Of a DNA stretch of 64,000 nt, positions 41,613 to 55,091 are shown one piece after another. Source of the stretch: Eledone cirrhosa (lineage: Eukaryota). The stretch's first letter is position 1. Each line of letters starts with the position of its first letter. A program made the translations under genes and the position numbers. The stretch covers positions 38,626,001-38,690,000 of the forward strand of contig OZ024743.1 of NCBI GenBank assembly GCA_964016885.1, in the 5' to 3' direction. The notes below the pieces were generated by a model. That model worked only from the letters and a program-made list of their open reading frames with translations. It did no database searches and was not told the origin of the DNA.

Positions 41613-42116
41613 ATCCCTCTTCCATTAGCCGGGAAGGGCAGGCAGTTTTTATCTCCCTGGTGGCCATGGCGAAAGTGATAGTATGGTGGACACGTTTGAA
41701 AGGGCTGAAGACGAGCACTTACCTCTTCGGTGATGCCCTGATTAAATTTTTCAAATTTCATTTGAAAAGGAAAATCAGGGTAGAGAGGGAAGTGCTCTCT
41801 TCCCAGCATTTTGTTGAAAGATAGGTGAGAGAAGCAAGCATGGCCCGAGTGAATGGGCCTACTCTGAGTATGTGTCTGTAAATTAAAGGTGGACAACTGG
41901 GAGAGGGCACTTGCCCTGGTGGTCAGCGTCACTGTGGCCTTTTAATGGGCTTTCTCCACAAATGTCCCTCGGAAGTCCCCCATATTGGGGAATTTTTCAT
42001 TGTTATTTTTTTTATTACATCCTCTGTTTTTTACACGCAGAAATGCCCATTTGTACCGTCCTGTATTGTCCTGTACTGTCTACTTTATGTAAACCCTTGT
42101 GGTTAATAAAGAAAGC
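41613..42116 (+). mobile_element. Tx1-type LINE 3' fragment with 13-bp TSD
   Basis: VAMAKVIVWWTRLKGLKT..FFKFHLKRKIRVERE homologous to 33294-33500; attattggtagta at 41600-41612 and 42117-42129. Confidence 0.88.
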
Positions 42117-43829
42117 ATTATTGGTAGTAGTAGTGGTATTATTCTTATTATTAGTATTATTATAACTATTATTATTATTAGTAGTAGTGGTAGTAGTAAC
42201 AAAAACAGAAAACCAGCGATGAAATGTGTTCCTGAATTATGCTTTGGGAATGATGACGTTGAATACATATATATTTTTGTCAATTATTTAACAAGTATTG
42301 CCTTTAAATGTAACGTAACTTAAACATAAATGTCTGGTTTATACTATTTTCAATTTTACAGTCCTGATGCCAAGAAATATATTGTTCAAACGATGTAGTC
42401 GCAATTTTGAATGTATTTTATTATTTTTTCTTGATTTTGTTTCCCTTACCCCGTTCCATTTTACTCTACATTTCATTTTCTTTGTTTTTACAGTTACAAC
42501 TTTTAATTCTGTTACGTCAAAGGCAACTGCATGAAACATAAAACAAACCAAAAAAGCCAAGAAAAATATGTTTACTTAGAAATTCACAAACACACTCTCT
42601 GTCTCACTATCTTTGTCTCTGCATGCTCACACACATTTATATATGCGTCTCTCTCTCTTTCTTTCTCTCACTCTGTACATCAACACACATTGGAAAATGA
42701 TACTGCAAGTATATATTTATTTTGTTATAGATTCTTATTCAACAAGAATTCAGGAACAGGGAAGAAAATAATCGTGCTACATAGGTCAATTTTAAACATA
42801 ATGGTCGTATGATGGCTTCTCTTAGTTACGTGAGGCCAGATGAAATAAATTGCATAGATAAGTGTGTTTGTTGTGTGCTTATACATAGACATTCATACAC
42901 ATACTTATCTGTGTGTGTGTCTGTATGTATGTGTACAAAAGTTAAGCGATGGAAAACCCTGAATAAATTCCATAATAGTTTTCAACAATAATATCGTCTT
43001 TAGATTCTACGTAAATAGAATTTAAGTTTACAAATAAAAGATGTATATAAAAATTTATATTTTACGTATAGATTTAATAATGAGTCACTTGATAAACGTG
43101 ATGTTATTGAGTGTGTGTGGCTGGAATTGAATGAGAGAAGACTGTGAGACGCTAGGAAGTGTAACAGAATATCAACGTTAGATGTAGAAAGAGAAAAGAA
43201 GAGTGAACTTTATAGAGTTTAAATCATTTGATTTTACATAGAGATGGATGACAAGCCAATTTTGTTTGAAATAACGAAATAAACGAATAGGGTAGTTGTT
43301 TGATAATATGTGGAACATAAATATCGACATGCTGTAGTGAGATGTATAACTGTAATATTACAATTAACAATGTGTGCTTATCATCAGTTCAAAGGGCAGG
43401 CCGGTTGATTTGCAGAATTTCCAGCCTGTCCTATGAAACACATTATAATATTTAGATCCGACCTTGTATGATCTGATTTCAAGTCCTGTCGAGATTCGTT
43501 TAAAGTCTCATTCAAAAGTGTGAACAATTTTTAATTCAAAGAAGGATGGTTTCAAAGAAGGATCGGTAGAGGGTCGAACAAAATACTGTGTGTCCAAACA
43601 CCGCTGGATACATGTTTGCGTTTCATATTTGCCGCTCAATACAATAAAACACTTTTCGACTTTATTCATCCCTTTAAATTACTGGAACTGTGTTTGAATT
43701 ACTTCCTATAATGAATGTTCATATAAATGGTATATCTTTTAAATTGTACTTTAGCTATTTTTCTGTTGTTATTCTGCGTGGATCATACATTTAATCATGT
43801 CGCGTGTTCCTTTCTCCCTATCTCTCTAT

Positions 43830-43890
<61 letters not shown>

Positions 43891-44870
43891 TGTGTCTATG
43901 TGTGCGTATGTGTGTGTGCTTGTGTGTGTGCATAAAGCTTTTTAATTTACACACGCCTACAGAAATCGCACTTCTTATATCGATTATGTTGGTAACATAA
44001 GAAATTCACACTCAAATATCAAGATTCTAGATCATTACCCTGTAAACAGCTATTCCTCTAAAGTTACTCCTACTTTTAATCATATATGCCATCTGTTCAT
44101 ATATGATGAACATTTATATACTTATATTTCAATCTCACCTTTAATACTTACACGTTTCAGTAGTCATCATTAACTCCACAGATTCTTTTGAGCACACATT
44201 ATCAAAAAGCATATATTTGGTAACCAGGGTTTATAAAGCGTACCAGTTCTTGACTCTCCAAATTAAATACCTTCAAAGCTATTGCCGTCATTATTGGTGT
44301 CAAGGGTCCATAGCAATTTACATAATTGTTTTCTGTATATTATCTGTAAAAACGAAATTTTTATGAATATTATTTTCTAATCGTTTTCTGTAAAATTTCT
44401 TAAATATGTATCATAATTTTAGTATTCTGGCCGAGTAGAGATCATAATAGCACATTATATATGCAACCGTTTATACAACATTATTTGTTATAAAAATTGA
44501 CGTATACAATATTATGCTAGGAATACATTTCAGGCACACAATGAAATGCAGATATCGATGAGTATAACGATGATATAATTACATCCAAATCACCAGGGGC
44601 ATGTACAGGAATGACAAGGGGTCCATGTTGGGTACCCTCTTTCGGCAGGGCCTGGAAATTTATCACGTATCTTTGATCTCAATCTGGTGAGCCACAACAC
44701 ACTGCGAAAGCAACACCGTTATAATGCAAGAAGAAGAATCAATGACATCATAACCTCACGTGAAGGTGTATACACCAATTACATCATGGCATCCCATGCA
44801 GGCAGTGACATTATCACGGGACATGCTGGCAATGTAATCATAACATCACATGCTGGCTAGGACATATGCA

Positions 44871-45093
44871 ATAATGATTTTTATTATAGGCACAAGGCTC
44901 GTAATTTGAGGGGAGGGGAAAATCAATTACATGGACCCTAGTACGTTACTTGTGCTTCTTTTTATCGACCCTGTAAGTATGAAAGGCAAAGTTAACCTCG
45001 GCGGGATTTGAACTCAGACTATAAAGAGCCATAACTCTATGCTGCAAAGAAGGTGTCCGAGTCTCTCCCGATACTGCCTGCCAATCCACCACC
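44871..45093 (-). mobile_element. tRNA-derived SINE (variant tail)
   Basis: gaaaggcaaagttaacctcggcgggatttgaactcag core. Confidence 0.8.
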
Positions 45094-45190
45094 CTAAGGA
45101 CATATACAATAATGGAAGCATAGTATGATATCTAGACAATCAATGGTACATAAATGATGCATAACATTCCATGTGGGCAATGGCTTGTGT

Positions 45191-45338
45191 AATAATTGTT
45201 TCTACTATTGGCATAAGGCCAGCAATTGCCCAGTGCATTACTGGTACTTTATTTTATCGACCCCGAAAGGATGAAAGGCAAAGTTAACCTCGGCGTGATT
45301 TGAACTCAGAATGGCAACGGTCGTAAATCTATGCGTCA
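45191..45338 (-). mobile_element. 5'-truncated SINE
   Basis: Tail, core and B box in reverse complement. Confidence 0.85.
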
Positions 45339-46642
45339 ATGTAGGAAATGAAATATACTTCAATAGTCTCTCAACGTCATATGTATGTAATGATATTTAC
45401 AACAATGATAACACAAAGTCATTTGTTGGCAATGGTATTTACAGCAATATCATAATATCCTAGGTAAAGGATATACAACAATGGAATCATAAACTTCACA
45501 CGCAGGCAATGTTATCATATCATACCTTATACACAATGATATCTACAGCACAGACACTATAACCTTCCATATGGACAATGGCAAAGTAATATAAATGAGT
45601 TCTGCTGGGTATATATTTTTGAAAAGTAAACTAAATATAATACCACAAGGAATACAACGCGGTATAAATACATACAATCATAACTTCAGAATTTGATTTA
45701 CAAGTGTATCTAAAAACCTTCTGAAACTGGCGAGATTCAATTAGTAATGACCCTTTCAAAATTATCCGTAGTGTTCACTGAACTAAAGCATGTAGTAGTA
45801 AGTATCTATTTTCAAGTAGCTTTTGAATATCTCCTATCACCATGACTTCTCTGGGTGAAGACTGACAATTTCAATGGATTTAAGAGAGGCCACATGACAT
45901 CAACGCCGTGTCACTTGCGTGGAACTAAATGTACGCATCACATATTTGAATGTATAGGATAAAAGCGTAGGTAATTATTACTAATTCTGTATCTGTGTAC
46001 AGATATTGGGTTGAATGTGGTGTAAAAAGATCACTACTGAACTGACAGGTCAAACATATATTTCTCTGCAACAATCTGGTTATAATTGCCGGTTTCACAA
46101 GTATAGCAACTGCAATATCCCATAGGAATAGCATGTGTGTTTTGATTTTACCATATTTCTAGCTGTGTATGTTCCATTATGTAAAGAACTCAAATATATG
46201 TTACCTAATGAGGCGAGTGAATATCAGTCTCATGGATATGCCGATTCAGGCCATATTTGGGTTGAAGAATTTTTCAAAAACAATAGCAGGTAACACATTG
46301 TTTTCAGTTAATTAACTAGAGTTTCCGACAGAGACGTCAACAGAAATGTCTAATATTAGTTTTATACTTCATGTAAAAGATCTTACGTAATCGATCTCAT
46401 ATATTTCATGTTGACAAAAATAGTATTTGTTAGAAATATAATAATTAAGTTTTACGTTTGAAAGTCTCCTCATATGAACTGTTCATCTTGCCATGGGCAT
46501 ATACAAAAAAATATATGTTTTAATGTTTGTAAAGCATACACCATATACTCACACCATTAGATGTTTAAATATTTCCCTGAAATATAGATGTAATTATCTC
46601 GCCTATAGTAGCCTGTGCTCAATACGTTTATTATAATAGCTA

Positions 46643-46718
<76 letters not shown>

Positions 46719-46793
46719 GCACACATATATATATGTATGTGTATATATATATATATATATATTATATATGCACACATATATATATGTATGTGT

Positions 46794-46876
<83 letters not shown>

Positions 46877-46915
46877 GCACACATATATATATGTATGTAT
46901 ATATATATATGTGTG

Positions 46916-47371
46916 CAAAGGGCAAAGGAGCTCTTAAGAGTCAATGGCCATCCAAAATCACCGGGAGAGATGACCCCTTAGCCTTTGTCAAGGCAGAATT
47001 CTAGGAGAAGGAAAACTCTGATATAACACCTGCGACTCTGATGGTATCCAATGATGTTGACTTGTTCTTCTTTTTGGTAAATATCATCTTGGTTAAGAGA
47101 GTGGGACTGGCTTTGTGCAATGCCTTTGCTCACTATAAAAGCTTCACGGCACAGGCATTGCTTTATATCTGGAGATCTCTCTGCACTTGTCGTCACATGG
47201 TACCATGGGCCCAGCACTATGTGTCAATAATTGTCACAGGTGTAGTGTTTGTTCCAGAGTTTTCGAGTCGCTGGCTGGACTGGAAAGTCACACCCGTTCG
47301 GCGCATCGGTAGGGGTTCTCCTATATGGATATAAAGTAGTGGCCGTACTCGAAAACGAGTTGGCAGCCACC
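46916..47371 (+). mobile_element. Non-coding interspersed repeat (truncated copy), possibly derived from an RTE 5' UTR
   Basis: Near-identical reverse complement of 49475-49930; ends gagttggcagccacc + (AT)n. Confidence 0.75.
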
Positions 47372-47405
<34 letters not shown>

Positions 47406-47431
47406 GTATAATATACATATATATATGTATA

Positions 47432-47498
<67 letters not shown>

Positions 47499-47526
47499 TA
47501 TATATATATATGCATATATATATATA

Positions 47527-47902
47527 GTATAAAGAAAAGCGAAGTAGTTTCAGATGTTCAAATCCTTTAATAATAATGCTGTGATATATATTTCAGTGAC
47601 GACACTGGCCACACTGTTCTGTGTGCGAGTGTCGTGTCATCATCAGACAGCTTGTTACATAATAAGGTTATGTTTCCGAGGCAATCCAAATTGGATCGAC
47701 GAGGGAACAATTTGGATTGCCTCGGAAACATTATTATCAAAAGTTCAAAACCCGCCGAGGTTAACTTTGCCTTTCATCCTTAAGGGGTCGATAAAATAAA
47801 GTAGCAGTAATACACTGGATAATTGCTGGCCTTGTGCCCAAAGTAGAAACAATTATTATTAAAGGATTTGAACATCTGAAACTACTTCGCTTTTCTTTAT
47901 AC
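47527..47902. repeat. ~50-bp terminal inverted repeats enclosing a truncated SINE (47742-47860)
   Basis: gtataaagaaaagcgaagtagtttcagatgttcaaatcctttaataataat / attattattaaaggatttgaacatctgaaactacttcgcttttctttatac. Confidence 0.85.
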
Positions 47903-47974
47903 GATATTTAACCCGTCACTCCTATATGGAAAAAGTACGTTGAGTGCTTGAAATGAATTGCATCACTGTTTACC

Positions 47975-48113
<139 letters not shown>

Positions 48114-48123
48114 GTATATATAT

Positions 48124-48194
<71 letters not shown>

Positions 48195-48286
48195 TATATA
48201 CATATATAAATACATATATATATACATACATATATACATATATATATACATATATATATGTATATATATATATATATCTCTATCTA

Positions 48287-48741
48287 TCTAAGGCGGGTAA
48301 AATTCCCGAGATCCATGGACGAGTTCTCTCTAGCGGTCTCTGTCCCTCATTATCGCTGCCATATCCTGCATCTCCAACAGACCAGTGTCTGTCCTTAGGG
48401 CATCAACATATGTTAACCTTGGTCTTCCTCTGCTAGTGTGTCCATGTAGGGGCTCCCAAAGGAGCACTGAGTGCAATGTCAACTCTGGATGTCGGTGAGC
48501 ATGTCCAGCCAACCTCAGTCTACTCTGTGTCAATTTTGAGCTGACTTTTGGGATGCTCCCATACAGCTCTGTGTTTTTCATCCTCAGTGTATACTGATTA
48601 ATGTTCAGAGCCATCCTCAGCTTTCTCGTGTAGCACCCATCCACCATCGTAGAGACCTGAAAATCCGCCTCTTCATTGCTGTAGTGGAGTCTGTGCTGCT
48701 GTGTGGGTCTGATACTTGGACACTGACCAAGAGACTCACTC

Positions 48742-48745
<4 letters not shown>
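48287..48745 (-). mobile_element. RTE-clade LINE 3' fragment with inverted 5' piece
   Basis: Minus MVDGCYTRKLRMALNI..RLRLAGHAHRH..; 48651-48743 on plus encodes the upstream RDLKIRLFIAVVESVLLCGSDTWTLTK. Confidence 0.88.
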
Positions 48746-48784
<39 letters not shown>

Positions 48785-48880
48785 TATATGTATATATATA
48801 TATATATAAAGAAAAAGGGATGAAATCGAAAATGCAACTGAAGTCTTATTTTTTTTTTAAATATATATATTTATTTGGTT

Positions 48881-48918
48881 CCTTTACCGGTTTCGCAGTT
48901 CTTCTGCTTTTCAAAAGG
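48881..48918 (-). ncRNA. Hammerhead, U3-A8 core variant (antisense arm)
   Basis: Exact reverse complement of 48994-49031. Confidence 0.82.
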
Positions 48919-48993
48919 TGAGTTGAGATGGAGGGTCTGTGGTTTTTCTTACATCTGATGTGAGAAAAACCACAGACCCTCCATCTCAACTCA

Positions 48994-49031
48994 CCTTTTG
49001 AAAAGCAGAAGAACTGCGAAACCGGTAAAGG
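48994..49031 (+). ncRNA. Minimal type I hammerhead, U3-A8 core variant
   Basis: cctt TTGAAAA gcag aagaa ctgc GAAA ccgg TA aagg. Confidence 0.82.
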
Positions 49032-49162
49032 AACCAAATAAATATATATATTTAAAAAAAAAATAAGACTTCAGTTGCATTTTCGATTTCATCACTTTTT
49101 CTTTATACTTCCACTCGTGTAGGACACCTCGGTTATTTTTCATTTTGTAAAAAAAACCTCAC

Positions 49163-49253
<91 letters not shown>

Positions 49254-49299
49254 TACATATATATATGTATATATATATATATATATACATATATATATG

Positions 49300-49385
<86 letters not shown>

Positions 49386-49391
49386 CATATA

Positions 49392-49474
<83 letters not shown>

Positions 49475-49476
<2 letters not shown>

Positions 49477-50082
49477 TGGCTGCCAACTCGTTTTCGAGTA
49501 CGGCCACTACTTTATATCCATGTAGGAGAACCCCTACCGATGCGCTGAACGAGTGTGACTTTTGAGTCCAGCCAGCGACTTGAAAACTCTGGTACAAACA
49601 CTACACCTGTGACAATTATTGACACACAGTGCTGGGCCCATGGTACCATGTGATGACAAGTGCAGAGAGATCTCCAGATATAAAGCAATGCCTGTGCCGT
49701 GAAGCTTTTATAGTGAGCAAAGGCATTACACAAAGCCAGTCCCACTCTCTTAACCAAGATGATATTTACCAAAAAGAAGAACAAGTCAACATCATTGGAT
49801 ACCATCAGGGTTGCAGGTGTTATATCAGAGTTTTCCTTCTCCTAGAATTCTGCCTTGACAAAGGCTAAGGGGTCATCTCTCCCGGTGATTTTGGAAGGCC
49901 ATTGACTCTTAAGAGCTCCTTTGCCCTTTGACAGGTTTTGTTTTTAGTCCTGCAGGATGTCCAAAGTCACCCTCCTCACCAAGAAACCTTGGTGGGGTTG
50001 CCAGTATAGTCGCCAACGACCCGACCATGAGACAGGTTGTACTGGGATACATGTTACCAGTAGCACCAACTGGTGACCTGAC
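49475..50082 (-). mobile_element. ~610-bp non-coding interspersed repeat (longer copy)
   Basis: Shares its end with 46916-47371; contains ctaggagaaggaaaactctg; (TA)n both sides. Confidence 0.75.
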
Positions 50083-50083
50083 A

Positions 50084-50115
<32 letters not shown>

Positions 50116-50123
50116 CACATATA

Positions 50124-50166
<43 letters not shown>

Positions 50167-50168
<2 letters not shown>

Positions 50169-51038
50169 CATCTTTCTAGCGGGTCCGGGTATGCTTTTTA
50201 CATTCATTTGATTTATTGATTTATTGATTTTTTATCTGAGTGTCCCGAACCTTCCGATCGCAACTTTTCGATCGTACGGTTGATTATAGACTTGTTCTAT
50301 TTGTGACGGTATTTTAACGATAGTTATAGCTCTGATTTATCTAAATTATGGAGCCCTCTGCCGCTCATATCGAATTTTGTTTATCGTGAACTCGTGCGCC
50401 GATTTTTCGATACTCGATTATTCTACTATATTTAGCTCTAGACCTAGCTATTGACCAGTTAATTTTATTGTTCATTTTTTGTCGATTCTATTAAATGATG
50501 AATAGCTCCTGTTTATTTTAACATGTCTATCGAGCACTCTTATTCGATATGTGTATTTCCACATTTTCCCGAATATTTTTCGCGGATATAGAGGTTATCT
50601 CCCTTGCCGATTTCCATGTGTGTATTTAGCTTGGGTTATGCCTTTTTATTCGTTTGGACAAAACTAGTTGAGGAAGTAAATTTCCTGTCCACTGGTATCT
50701 AGAAGTCTTATATATTTTTATGTGAGCTGATAGAGAACAGTTTAAGGATTAACAGAAACCCAAGAAGCTAGATTTAACATCTTTCTAGCGGGTCCGGGTA
50801 TGCTTTTTACATTCATTTGATTTATTGATTTATTGATTTTTTATCTGAGTGTCCCGAATCTTCCAGATCGCAACTTTTCGATCGTACGGTTGATTATAGA
50901 CTTGTTCTATGTGTGACGGTATTTTAACGATAGTTATAGCTGTGATTTATCTAAATTATAGAGCCCTCTGCCGCTCATAACGAATTTTCTTTATCGTGAA
51001 CTCGTGCGCCGATTTTTCGATACTCGATTATTCTACTA
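50167..51038 (+). repeat. 1.4 x 609-bp unit, diverged relative of the 616-bp array
   Basis: aacatctttctagcgggtcc at 50167 and 50776; same 3' terminus region (gatttttcgatactcgat..ttcta) then (TA)n. Confidence 0.95.
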
Positions 51039-51042
51039 TATA

Positions 51043-51649
<607 letters not shown>

Positions 51650-51653
51650 GTAT

Positions 51654-51905
51654 ATAATATAAGATCAAAAGATGGTTAAAGGAGTTCCATGTATTTTATT
51701 ATGCGCATTTCAAAAACAAAGATCATCATGCAATAATATTTGTGTTTTCATCAGATAAAACAGGAGAACATGATATGAAGGCTAAAAAACACTTGTAGAT
51801 AGTGCAGTTTTAAATCAACATATCATTACATGATGATGTTTGTTTTTGAAATGCGCATAATAAAATACATGGAACTCCTTTAACCATCTTTTGAACTTAT
51901 ATTAT
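51654..51905. mobile_element. Fold-back element with ~85-bp inverted arms
   Basis: ataatataagatcaaaagatggttaaaggagttccatg.. / ..catggaactcctttaaccatcttttgaacttatattat. Confidence 0.85.
51694..51760 (-). ncRNA. Type I hammerhead with long stem II
   Basis: Reverse complement: ttttat CTGATGA aaacacaaa tattat tgc atgatg atc tttgttttt GAAA tgcgca TA ataaaa. Confidence 0.82.
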
Positions 51906-51998
51906 GCATACTCCAGTCCTACAAACTGTAGAGTGCCTCTTATACGATATCTGCATTGCTTTATTGTACTACAATAAAACTCACCTCCTACATATATG

Positions 51999-52111
<113 letters not shown>

Positions 52112-52112
52112 G

Positions 52113-52270
<158 letters not shown>

Positions 52271-52271
52271 C

Positions 52272-52352
<81 letters not shown>

Positions 52353-52363
52353 CATATATATAC

Positions 52364-52436
<73 letters not shown>

Positions 52437-52466
52437 CTTATATATATATATATATATATACTTATA

Positions 52467-53376
<910 letters not shown>

Positions 53377-53704
53377 TCTCCTTGTCTCTCTATCTCGCTC
53401 CGTTGTTTTTCTTTACATACATCTCTTCATCAACTTCTTTTTTTTAGTTACATACATCTCCTCATCTTCTTCTTCTCATCTTCGTTTTTCTTTCTATATA
53501 ACTGTCATAACAGTTTCACTACCAAATCAACTTTTTAAATGGAAGTTGCATTATTACAAGGTATGTAACTAATTATTTATAAAACAGCTTATGTATTGTA
53601 TTATGTCTGAGGAAGGCATACCATATTTTTAATATGATATCCCAGAAATATATATAACGAAATAAATATGGTTTTATAAATATAGTTTCCATTTGTTTAA
53701 TATC

Positions 53705-53822
<118 letters not shown>

Positions 53823-53862
53823 TATATGTATATACATATATATATATATATATATACATATA

Positions 53863-54612
53863 TTCTCCAGAGAATAGAGGAAATGTGTTTCCTTGAAAAC
53901 TCGTATGACTCTAAAACCCGGTCCGCCTGTGTGGTTACATACAGACTAGCTGACACTCACTGTAAAGTGTCTAGTGAAAAGCTGAGTACATGTACATATG
54001 TATACATGTGTGTATTTATATGCATACTAATACTTCCGTATACATATGTAGATGTACACTTTAACTTAATTGTTTAAGCGTCAGTCATACAAAAGTGAGT
54101 TAGAAGCGAAACGAAATTTAATTTCGTTTCGTTATTTGTTTTTATCGTTTCCGCTGAACCGGTGCGTACAATGACTCACGTTCTATGCAAATTAGTCTAC
54201 CCACTACTAATTTTCATAGAAAAAGCATATAACGATATGTGCTTTTACAATTCTCCAGAGAAGCCGGAAGATGGGTAAATATTGCTGATGAGATGTAATA
54301 ACATAGAAACTAGTCCAATATTCCTGTCTGGCCCTCTGGAGAATAGAGGAAATGTGTTTCCTTGAAAACTCGTATGACTCTAAAACCCGGTCCGCCTGTG
54401 TGGTTACATACAGACTAGCTGACACTCACTGTAAAGTGTCTAGTGAAAAGCTGAGTACATGTACATATGTATACATGTGTGTATTTATATGCATACTAAT
54501 ACTTCCGTATACATATGTAGATGTACACTTTAACTTAATTGTTTAAGCGTCAGTCATACAAAAGTGAGTTAGAAGCGAAACGAAATTTAATTTCGTTTCG
54601 TTATTTGTTTTT
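53863..54612 (+). mobile_element. 1.6 x 469-bp partial tandem, HHR-bearing (retrozyme/non-autonomous PLE)
   Basis: agaatagaggaaatgtg at 53871 and 54340; ~270 bp apparently identical direct repeats; (TA)n flanks. Confidence 0.88.
54251..54343 (+). ncRNA. Canonical type I hammerhead with extended stem I
   Basis: ttctccagag..gcc..agatggg ta aatattg CTGATGA g atgt aata acat a GAAA ctag TC caatatt cctgtct ggc c ctctggagaa. Confidence 0.92.
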
Positions 54613-54620
54613 ACATATAA

Positions 54621-54653
<33 letters not shown>

Positions 54654-54680
54654 CATATATATGTATATATATATATAAAC

Positions 54681-54831
<151 letters not shown>

Positions 54832-54955
54832 CATATATATGTATATATATATATATACATATATATGTATATATATATATATACATATATATGAATATAT
54901 ATATATACATATATATACATATATATGTATGTATATATATATATATATATATGTA

Positions 54956-54989
<34 letters not shown>

Positions 54990-54998
54990 CATATATAC

Positions 54999-55055
<57 letters not shown>

Positions 55056-55058
55056 TAC

Positions 55059-55091
<33 letters not shown>

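Larger units (their letters stand above)
48806..49170. mobile_element. Palindromic non-coding element (axis 48956), one hammerhead on each strand
   Basis: ~150-bp near-perfect arms plus ~65-bp extension; (TA)n flanks. Confidence 0.92.

Noticed and set aside
50001-50078. Possible HDV-like ribozyme at the 5' end of the 610-bp element (minus): P2 ccagta/tactgg, P4 gtcg/cgac, GG and C present
   Set aside because: No convincing P3/L3 and a weak P1 by eye; would need a family consensus.
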